This document shows, in pieces, positions 41,910-52,399 of a DNA stretch of 64,000 nt. Positions within the stretch are counted from its first letter, which is position 1. Each line of letters begins with the position of its first letter. Both the position numbers and the translations under genes were made by a program. This DNA comes from the human T2T-CHM13v2.0 reference genome, Homo sapiens. A model generated the notes under the pieces. The model made no database searches, had not been told where the DNA came from, and was given only the letters and a program-made list of their open reading frames with translations. The stretch lies in assembly GCF_009914755.1 (NCBI RefSeq), contig NC_060938.1; one strand, 5' to 3'.

Positions 41910-42973
41910 AGCTTCTACTGCTGAAGCTGGGGAAAGAAGATATGAACCTCACTTGCGTCAGGTATCTGTTCCTGGACAAATCAACCATGGCCAGGAGCAG
42001 GGCTTATAAATAAATACATGGCAGCTCCTGAAGTAGCCTTGTGTACATGTCAGAGTACAATTCTCAGGAGACAAGCAGAAGTGAGCAGAAACCCATAGAG
42101 GCCCTCTATGCCTGCTCACCCATTTTGGAGTACTCACCATCCAGAATCCCTATCTGCTTCACTCAGATTCCCAAGAGACCCAGCATAAGGGTCAACCCTT
42201 GTACATTCACTGTATTCCTAGGCAGCACTTCTATCTCCATTTGGATCTCCTTTCATGCCTAAGAAATGGTGCTGGACAGCCTAGGCACAAACCCAAAAGC
42301 CTTTTAACTCTCTGCATTAAGCTTAGATCTTATCCTATGTGGCCAACCTTCATTTCTTTCCTGTGTCCCACCTTGGAAGCTCTAGCTACCAGGCATAAGG
42401 CACCTCCAGCCCAGACTAAAGAGACAGGAGAGCAAGGAAAGGGTAAGGAGTCCTTGCTTTCATTTCTTGTGCTGTTTCTGCACAGTCTGATGATGTTGAG
42501 AAGCATAAGGGAAGAGGAGATCGCCTTCCCTCTCTGCCCAGCGTGGGGTGTTCTTTCACCTCCTCTCAGTCTTTGGCTACCCCAGCTGTGAAGTTAACCC
42601 TCTCTGCTACTCTCTCTGGGAAGGATCACCCTCCCCTCCCACCAAGAAGCTGGGAGAGCAGTTGAGGCAGCAGACTGCTAAATGCCCAGGTCACCCATGG
42701 GAAACTCCAAGATGCACTTTGCTGTCTCCTGTCTTTTCCATGCAATGATGATGGCAAATAGGACAAATGAGGGTGCATAGATTCATGAACACTGGGTTTA
42801 TTTGCGTGGGTTGTGATAGTGGCAGCAAAATAAAACATGGCGGTGCCATTATGCACCTTTTATCTACTGCCACACTCTCCTCCAGGTGACTTTATTTTCT
42901 ACATAGATAAATATAGTAAGAAATACATAATAATACATTTATTTTTTCACATAAATTGCAGTCAAACTACACC

Positions 42974-43476
42974 TGTGGTAGGCAGAATAATGATCTCTCA
43001 AAGATGTCCATGTTCTAATCCCCAGAACCTGTGAATAGGTTATGTTACATGGCAAGGAGAATTCAGGTTGCAGGTGGACTTAAGGTTGCTAATCAGTTCA
43101 CCTTAAAATAGAGAGATTATCCTGGATTGCCCAGATGGGCCCAGCATAATCACAGGTTCCCGGAAATGTGGAAGAGAGAGGCAGAAGAGTCGGTGTCAGA
43201 GTGATGCAGCATGAGAAAACCATAGCTGGCTTTGCAGATGGAAGGGGGCCACGAGCCAAGGAATGCAGGGAGCCTCTAGAAGCTGGAAAAAGGCAAGCAA
43301 ATGAATTCTTCCCTAGAGCCTCCAGAAGGAACATCGCCCTGCTGACACCTTGATTTTAGCTCAGTGAGACCCATTTCAGACTTCTGACTCTTAGAATTAT
43401 AAGACAATACATTTGTATTGTTTTCAGCTGCTAAATATGAGATAATCTGTTCCAGCAGCCCTTAGAAACAAATATA
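42974..43476 (+). mobile_element. MLT1D solo LTR
   Basis: TGTGGTAGGCAGAATAATG...GAGATTATCCTGGATT...CCTCTAGAAGCTGGAAAAAGGCAAG; TSD ACACC/AAACC. Confidence 0.87.
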
Positions 43477-45022
43477 AAACCCCAGTCTCTCCCCTTCTCA
43501 TAGAATCTGAAGGCCAAATTGTTCATCCTCTTTGTCTTTAATATACCAGCATCTCCGAGCACCCCGCTGACTAGGAGTGCCTCTTATAGCCCCAATACGT
43601 GTATGTCTCATTCTGATGATTCAATACTTCCTTTTCCCATCAATAAAATACAACATTCAAAATATGTATGCCCATCTAATTTTACTGTTTCCTTTACAAA
43701 GCCTCTGACTTTATTTATGTAACTTAACAAAATAGATTTCCCTCTTCTAATACAATAAATTTCCCTTCCGACCAGTACCACTCATCTCTGACACTGGCCA
43801 GCAGATTAGTTGCTCGTAATGACTTTGGCTTTGTTGCCTGGTTCAGGTTGTCAGGACTTTCTGTGTTCCTTCTCCACGTGTTCCTCTATAGCATGTCTTG
43901 ACGCCTCTTGCCTAGACCTTTTTTAGAGAAGGCATGACATGGCACAAGCTCCCAGGAACAATTTCATTCATGCTTAATGCCTGTTGCAAAGTCATATTTT
44001 TTGCTCTTATGTTGGGTGGTCACAAAAATCTCACCTTGGGCTCTCAACCACATTCTCCTAAACCAACATCACCATGAGCTCTCACCACCTCTCTTCCACC
44101 CACTTCTCTAATGATATTCCAGGATTTTTCTTAAAGAGATCTGGCTATGAGCCTGTATTTCATTACAGCTTAAATAATCATATTATTTCCCATTTCCTTA
44201 GTTGCTCTCTGGACTTTTAAGATTCTACTGCCTTAGGCTGGTCAGCGGACAGCTGCCTTCATTGCCATGCATATAGTAATAGGCAGCTGGAGCCTGCAGG
44301 CTCCTCTTGGGACCAGGTGCTGGCTGAACTCTCACCACAGCCTCTCCTGAGCCTTCCCTATTGTCCCCTCAGCCCAGCACTCACTCAGGGCTCCATATGG
44401 GGACTTGTCCACAGGACCTGACCTGGCTGGTTGGACCCCACTTCCCAGGTTGGAGATGTGACCACATCGAGGATCTGCTAGAACACATTTGGGGAGGGGT
44501 CTGATAAAAACCCCAGCCTGTCTCATTGAAATCTAAGGAAGCAAGAGGGAGGAGGGGAGGACATTTCATTTTTCAATCCCTATGTTCTACTTCAGGGAAA
44601 TCTATTTCTGGTCTTAAAAAAAAATTCCCCAATAACGTAATTAATTAAAAGAGGTCCTACCTTTTGCCTTGAGCTGCCAAGTGGATGTCTTTTATTTGAG
44701 ATTCAAAGCTAACTAAGGCTGAGATTATTGGAATGGCCAGGGCAGATGTCCTGGGAGGACAAAGGGGGCCCCCCCACCGGCTGTTTGCTCATCTCAGATT
44801 TTGAGAATGCCATGGATGCTGAAATGCCTCATAATTGGGAGAACCCCCCAATATGTCATCGTGACTCAGATCCTCTGGGGCACCTCAGTACAACTCGTCA
44901 CCCCCTGAACAGGATTTCGGTTTTCTGCTGCTGGCTTGTCTTTGTGCTGATCTGAGCAAAGGAGACAGGTAGCCCAGTGTTCTCTCTGTATCCCCACATC
45001 CAGCTTGCTCTCTCACATTCCC

Positions 45023-45522
45023 TGTAGTGGGTTGAATAGTGGAGCCCCAAAAGATAGGTCCTAGGCCTTACCTGTGAAACCTGTGAATGTGACCTCCTTT
45101 GGGAAGAGTCTTTGCAGATGTAATTCAGTTAAGGATATCTACATAAATCATTATGGATTATCCAGAGACTCCAAATCCAATGACAAGTGTCCTCATAAGA
45201 CAAAAAAGAGAGCGGATGACACAGGCACAGAAGAAAGCCATGTGAAGACAAAGACAGAGATGAAAGTGATGCAGCCACAAGCCAAGGCATGCCTGGAGCC
45301 ACCAGAAACTGGAAGGAAAAGAAAGGAAAGGAAAGGAAAGGAGAGGCAAGGCGAGGTGAGACGAGGCGAGGCGAGGTGAAATTATCCCCTAGAGCCTTCG
45401 GAGGGAGGATGGCCCTGCCAACACCTTGATATCAGACTTCTAGCCTCCAAAACCAAGTATAAACTTCTGTTGTTTTAACCATTTGTGGTCATTTGTTATT
45501 GCAGCCCTAGAAAACTAACATA
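45023..45522 (+). mobile_element. MLT1C-like solo LTR with internal pentamer expansion
   Basis: TGTAGTGGGTTGAAT...GCAGCCACAAGCCAAGG...GGCCCTGCCAACACCTTGAT; TSD TTCCC/TTCCT. Confidence 0.85.
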
Positions 45523-45690
45523 TTCCTCAACATGCAATGCCATTTCTTTTATAAAGAATTCAATCAGCCCAAGTAGCTAAGAAGTGGCTTCCAGGTGCAG
45601 CACCAACTTGTAGCCTGGTCCTTCCTGCCATAGTGCTTTCTTACAGCTCCCTTGCCCAGGTTCATTCTGCCTGAGATGTCGTAAAGCTCT

Positions 45691-46045
45691 TGATATGGTT
45701 TGCCTGTGTCCCCACCCAGATCTCGTCTTGAATTCCCATGTGTTGTGAGAGGGACCCAGTGAGAGGTAATTGAATCATGGGGCAGGTCATTCCTGTGCTG
45801 TTCCCATGATAGTGAATAAGTCTCATGAGATCTGATGGCTTTAAAAATGGGAGTTTCCCTGCACAAGCTCGCTCTCTTTGCCTGCTGCCATCCATGTAAG
45901 ACATGACTTGCTCCTCCTTGCCTCCCACCATGATTGTGAGGCCTCCCCAGCTACATGGAACTGTAAGTCCATTAAACCTCTTTCTCTTATAAATTGCCCA
46001 GTCTCAGGTATGTCTTTATCAGCAGCATGAAAACAAACTAATACA
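45691..46045 (+). mobile_element. THE1A/B solo LTR
   Basis: TGATATGGTTTG...GGGAGTTTCCCTGCACAAGCTC...CTAATACA; perfect 5-bp TSD GCTCT at 45686-45690 and 46046-46050. Confidence 0.92.
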
Positions 46046-47698
46046 GCTCTTATTGGTGAAGCCTGGCCCCAGGGAAGATGCATACCTTGCAGGAGATTTA
46101 TAGGACAGAGGATGTGCCTCTAGTGTGCCCGTGGTTTCGCTTGTCTATTTTATATTTGTAGAGGATTGTCAAGATTCTTTGGAGATGCTTTCCCATTTTC
46201 TATCACAATGGTCCTGAGTGCTCAACAAGCCTGTTATATAACATGATGAACTTGACAAAGATCAGTTAAATGACTCAACCAAGAATTCAAACTAAGGCTT
46301 TTCAACTGGGACCACTGCTGCTTCTACCCCAGGGGTCATGATAAACACCTGGGACAGCGAGGAGGCTCTGAGGTGTCCGAAAATTTACATCCATCTTCAA
46401 AACCAAAATTACCAGGGGCTCTTTCATTTTGATTTGATGAATAAAACATCTTGTGTCCTGAATGTTTCAGAAAATTGAGGAATGAGATATGGTTCTCTCA
46501 AACTTGGATGTGCATATGAATCACCTGGGGGATCCTATTAAAAAGCAGAATCTGACTCAGGAGGCCTGGGCTGGGACCTGAGATCCTGCATTGCTAACAG
46601 GCTCCCAGGTGATGCCAGTGCAGCTGGTTTATGGATCACACTTCCAGTAGCATGAGATGGCACCTCTGACTAATTTCTCTGCCTGTTCAGCATTAAGCTA
46701 ATTGGCCATTATTGCCCTTTGCAATTCAGTAGTAGGAATTGTGGCTCTGACTTTGCTGTTGTGGGAGAAGATGCTGACACACAAGCTGGCAATGCTTAAG
46801 GAAAAATTTTATTGTGGATCGATAACCATAAAAATATTCATACCTTTTGGTCAAATAATTCTGCTTATGGATATGCATTCTAAATAAATAACCCAGAAGA
46901 TGAAAAAAAAAAATCTGTGTGAACAACGGTGTTCTACCACAGCACTATGTATATTAAAAAAGAAAAAAATCTGTGTCTAATAAAAAGGAAACGATTAAGT
47001 AAATTGTAATAAAGTCACTCAATGCAACCAAGACAATATTGTAGACATATGTTCATCTTCTCCCTTTCCTCAAATGCAACATGTCACTAAAGGAACAAAA
47101 ATGGCATGAACTCACAAGGTTAACAAACTATTAATAATTTCAACACATTTGTCCAAGATACAAAGTTTACGTAATTGGGGAACATAACCACAGGCCCCTA
47201 TGTCTGTATTTGTTATTTTTTATTTTTTTAATTGGTCAGCGAGTACAAGGTATCAAAGTAAAATCTTACAATTTTTATACATTTCTGTATGCCTGAAATA
47301 TTTCAAAATTTAATAAAAAAGAAAGTGCATAGGGACAGAGTAAAGAACATTCTAACCTACATGTTGGGGGCAGAAGTGATGTGACAAAGTGAGCCAGTTT
47401 TCGCAACAAAGCCTGGCCTTGGCTCTTGAAGGCACTAGGGACCATGGAAAGCAGGAATGAGGCATGGGGCTAACAGCAGAGGAATGGTCAAGTCTGTCAC
47501 AGGAGACTTTGCACCCCTAGATCTCCTGCCCTACTAGGAAACAATCCTTCCCACCTACCACCACTGCAGGAGATGGGCAGTTTTTTCTTGAGAGAAATTG
47601 AGCCACATACGCTCAGAACTCAGACACATCAGATCTCATAAGAGGCCACCTGAAAATAAGAGAATTAATGGAAGCTCTACGCACTGAACTGTGGGGCC

Positions 47699-48313
47699 TG
47701 TAGGGATGGAAAGTGTGATACCTTTCCTCATCTACCATAAGGATTACGGCCAACACTGCTATAACAAAAGAGGTTAACAAGAGAAAAGCATAAATGCATT
47801 TATTTCATCAGTTTCACATGACACAGAAGCCTTCAGAAATGAAGACTCAAAGACCCAGGGAAAACTGTATTTGTGCTTAGGTTCCATGAAGAATGGGAAG
47901 CCTTGTAGAAATGTGATTGGACAAAAGGGTGTGATCTACTGGTAACAGACTGAGGGGAGGAAACCCAGCAAGGCCTGTCTGTTCAGATTCTTCTTAGTGT
48001 CTCTGAGTAGCATTCCTACCTCCCAGGTAGGACCTCTCTGGAATGAGGGTTTTCAAGGGAGAAGGGAGCGAGTGACCTTTCTAGGTTTTGTGGCTTGCTT
48101 TGCAGGAGAGGCATTCTAGTTTCTATGACCCACTTTGGCGAAAAAGAATTCTTGTTTCTATGACTTACGTCGGGGGAGAAAAAGGGATGGGAGACGGGGG
48201 CAGGAGAGAAGGTGAAAGCCTTGGCTTCTGAGGCCCTTCCATTCTCCTTTAGTTCAAAGTACTCAGCATGCCAACATACTATACTTTAGGGTATCATGTT
48301 CTGAGCCCCAACA
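47699..48313 (-). mobile_element. MER39/MER39B-like ERV1 solo LTR
   Basis: Reverse complement starts TGTTGGGGCTCAGAA...GGCATGCTGAGTACTTTGAACTAAAGGAG; TG...CA ends; TSD GGCC/GACC. Confidence 0.8.
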
Positions 48314-48377
48314 GACCCTCAGCCCCTCCCCGACCCTGCTCTCAGGCCTCCAGGAGCCAGACATATATACCCACAGG

Positions 48378-48600
48378 CAAGAGACTGTCAAAGTACAACC
48401 TGTGGGCCAAACCATACTCCATTCTGTTTTTGCAAATAAAGTTTTATTAGAACACAGTCACACGCATTCATTTGCAAGCTGTCTATGGCTGCTTTTATGC
48501 CACAGCAGTAGAGCTGAGTAGTGGCAACAGACACCATCTGGCCCACAAAGCCTAAAATATTTACTATCTAGGCCCTGCAGAAAAAGCTTGCCAATGCCTG
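48378..48600 (+). mobile_element. MER58A (hAT-Charlie)
   Basis: AAATAAAGTTTTATTAGAACACAG...GGCCCACAAAGCCTAAAATATTTACTATCT. Confidence 0.85.
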
Positions 48601-50190
48601 CCCTAGGGAAAAATAGACGCCCCAGAGGAAAGACTCCAGATCCCTCATTTGGAGCTCCCATTAAAATACTGGTAAACTTCCCTATGACAATGAAGCCCAT
48701 CAGTGACAAGCCCCATCCACACGCCCACTGAGCCGCCAAGCAGGTTTCAGTACCTCAGTCTTAAGTACAAATGGATGTCCAAAGATTTTCCAGACACTCC
48801 AGGAAGGCTCAGCGTGAAAGAGTATAATCAAAATAAACCGACAGAAAAAAGGAACTTGGAAGAACCAAAATAATTCAACAACTGGAAGAAACTTACAATA
48901 AAAGTATAGAACTCATATTATCTGAGAAATGAGAAGGTATTTCATCCATAAAACAAGAACTAGACACTATGATAACCAAAAGTGAACTCTGAAACTTAGA
49001 AAGTAATGGCTCAAAATTAAAAAATAAATAAATAGTTAAAAGAGAGTTTAACAAAAAGACAAGGAGATGAAAAATGGGAGGGAAAATAAACAATTCAGGA
49101 TGTCCAATATTGAACTGGAAAAAAAAATATAGGACAAGCAAACAAAGGAAACAAAGGGTTTAAAATTAGTGATGAATACTATAAAATTCCTGATAATTAT
49201 TTTCTTATCTATCACACACTGTGCCCAGCATAGTAAATAACAACAACCAGCAAGGGCCATCATGAAATTGCAGAACACTCTAGCAATAAAGAGATGATTC
49301 TAAGTTGACAGAGAGAAAAGAAACTGAACCAAAGAACGAGAATCAAAATGGATCCAGGCTTCTCAATAGTAACACTGCATACCAGAAAAAAAAAAACATG
49401 GAGTGATGCCTACAAATTTCTAAAGGAAAGAGATTTTTCACCTAGTGTTCTATGTCTAGCACTATCAGTCAAGTATGGAGATAAAAGCATTTTTAGACTT
49501 GCAAGGATTCTCATGCATCCTTTATTAGGAAACTACTAAAGGATGTGCTTCAACACAATCAGGGAGTAAAAGCAAGAGATAGACATGGAATCCAGGAAAC
49601 ATGGGCTTTTCAACACAGAAGTGAAGGAAGTCCCAAAAAGATCATTTTCCATCAAGTCTATAGAGCAAATGATCCAGTTTCGAGCAAGAAGACTAAAGAC
49701 TTCAGGAAAGAGGATCTCTGGGAAACAAGAGGACAGAACTGCTCAATTATTTGATGTGTTTAAGGTATAAAAAAATGATTGCTAGATGTTTTACAGGTTT
49801 GTTAAAACACTTGCTTGGAAAAAGTAGTATGATATTTAGCTGAACAGCAAACAATTTTTATCTAGTTTAATAATGTTACACTGACCATTGATTTAACAAA
49901 AATTGTAACACAAATCTATTTGGAGGATCACGTAAGAAAAGGAGGGAGTTGAGGACTGGTGAATAGAAAGATAAATTCTTGTCTAAAATAAAAAAATCAG
50001 GAATAGATATAAAAGCGTATAATTTAGAAATATATAGGTAGCTTTTAGAAAAAACATAAGGTGGAAAGTAGATGCCTCTCTGAGAAGGGATGGGAGGAAA
50101 AAATAATTGCTTTTGCTTTTTTAGTATATATAATCATTTGGTACTATTTTATTATTCTAACTATTCACATACATTTTGATAAGAATAAAA
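48600..50190 (+). mobile_element. HAL1 / ancient L1 ORF1-like remnant, probably continuous with about 47030-47698
   Basis: A-rich; decayed L1 ORF1 C-terminal motifs (WSDAYKFLKERDFSP...LSVKY in ORF 49348-49539). Confidence 0.65.
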
Positions 50191-50768
50191 ATTAGTCTAA
50201 AATAAATTATATCAATCTATAAGATCAACATATCTATTAGATCATAATTATAACTAGAAAAGTTGCTTTTTTGGAAAAAAATGCAAATGTTTACTCCTTG
50301 TGGTCTGCTGATATTTAAAAGTCTTTATCATAAGAAAGTCCTTCCGTTGGGAATGCTGAGCTGGCAGTCTGGTGGAGCTGTAGTGTCTTTTGTGTGTTCC
50401 AGATGCCTCGAGAATCAGTCTTTGTGGGAGGGTGGAACACAAACAGTTTTGACCAGTGTATTAGTATCAGTAAGGCTAGCATAACCAGGGAGAGATGCAC
50501 CAAGGTTCAGGTAAAGAATCAAGTGAGGAAAAGATATATAAAATGCATGTATATATCATGGCTGCAACAGTGCAAAAATGGTATGTTCGTTATAAGAAGG
50601 AAATAAGGACAAATGAAAACAGTTTGATGTGTCAGAAGTGGGAGCGGAAATAAATTTTTTCCTTTAATTTAGAATTATGTGAAGACTGCTATAATGTTTG
50701 TGTAAAACAGAATAAAGGGGTTTTCTAAGGAAATCAGTGGCATTCTTTGCTCTGCCTCCCTCCTGCAG

Positions 50769-50879
50769 TTTAATTGCCTACACGGAACAATATGTGGAAT
50801 ATGACCCTTTGATAACACCAGCTGAGCCATCCAACCCTTGGATCAGCGATGACGTTGCTTTGTGGGACATAGAGATGAG
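50769..50879 (+). CDS. RGS6: RGS6 exon 13, C-terminal part of GGL (G-gamma-like) domain, 111 nt, phase 2-2 cassette exon
   Basis: tcctgcag|TTTAATT...GATGAG|gtaaaa; (S)[36 protein letters not shown](S), with the G-gamma-type DPL and NPW motifs. Confidence 0.97.
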
Positions 50880-51837
50880 GTAAAAAATGTTTTAAGGTTT
50901 GGGAGTGGGATGAATGTAGACAAAAATCCATGAGATCATGAGATTACCTTATATTCTATCTTAATTTGACATTTTTTATCGCTAGAACAGAAACCCCTCA
51001 AGTAGCCTCCCAGCTGAGTTCTACTTACAGTTTCTACCTCCTTATAGCTTTGATTTGTGCATGGATCCTTTGTGGCTCCCCTCTGACCCTTTGGATACCA
51101 TGATAACTGAGACAGTCCCTCACCATTCCCTAGTTCTGATTGCTGGAAGAAAAGAATCTGTTGTTCCAATTTTTTTTCCTGTTAGACAGCAACAATAATG
51201 ATAATAGCTGGCACGTATTCTGCATTGGCCACATCCTGCAGTAAGTGTCTCTCACTGAATCCCCTCGACAGGTAAACATTACTATTCTCACCACTCAGCA
51301 GTTATGGAAACTGAGGCACAGAGGAGTTAATGAACTTGCCCAAGGTCATACTGCTAGTACAGCAGAGTTAGGACTAGAACTCAGGCAGAGGGCTCCAGAA
51401 CCATGATTTCATCACTCTGTTCTTCTGGAGTAACTGCCAGCAACGATTCCAGCCAGTTTCTCCTTCCCTGTGAGGGAAGCCACTGTGTTTACTTAAGAGG
51501 GGAGGAACCAAAGCCCAGAGGGACTTGGACCACTTTCAGAATTACAGAAGGAAACACACAGACAAAGCTAGTGTGGTGTGCCTTCACACCCCCTGCACCT
51601 TGGCTGGATGAATTTTTATTTCCCTTTTCATGTCTCTGTCACTCTCACATTGTCTTTCACTTTTGCCCCTTTTCTGGCTGCTTTTCCTGAAATGGAAAAA
51701 ATCTTATAAAAATAATAAAAGTCGCAGATGCTCATTCTAAAAAGTTCAAATTATCCAGATGTGCATAAAGAAGAAAATGCTCTCTTCCTCCAACCCGATT
51801 TCACCTTCCAGAAAGAACCTTTGTTTATAGTCTAATG

Positions 51838-52381
51838 CTGTGGTTCCCAGGAGTGGATCAGAGCACCCTGAGCACTGTGGGGAACTCACAGAGTTACCAC
51901 TGGATAGTCCAAATTTTTTATGGAAACACAGCGATGGTTGACACATGGCAGATACTGCATAAACTACTAGCTTAAGATGGTTCAGTTTCAACATTAGAGC
52001 ACGTTACATCCCTTATGATGATACGCATCTTTGCAAATCTGGCTTTTCGGAGCAGTCACTATGATAAAAAGCAAGAACTGCACAAAAATTAACATGGAAT
52101 AAGAAATAGGGACGGTAAGTTCCAACCTAATTCCAAAATTTAAGAAAATGCGTAGTGCCCAATAGGTGCATATTGTAGTTATTTAAGAATGAAAACAAAA
52201 TTTTCAATTTATGTGTCTTTCAAACAGCTACTAAGTTGTTAGGATACAAATACATATTAAGTTGATTGGTCCTAGCCATAATAAATGACACTGTTAAGTA
52301 TTTCTTTTGGCCCAGGGGCACTGTGAAAAACTTACTGAGACGCTAAGGGTACCATGAGCTCAGCAAATTTGGGAACATCTG
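51838..52381 (+). mobile_element. MER119-like hAT-Charlie element inside an old antisense L1 fragment
   Basis: GGTTCCCA...GGAAACACAGCGAT...CAGTTTCAACATTAG...GATAAAAAGCAAG...TTTGGGAACATCTG. Confidence 0.75.
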
Positions 52382-52399
52382 ATTTAGTGTCTATTACTT

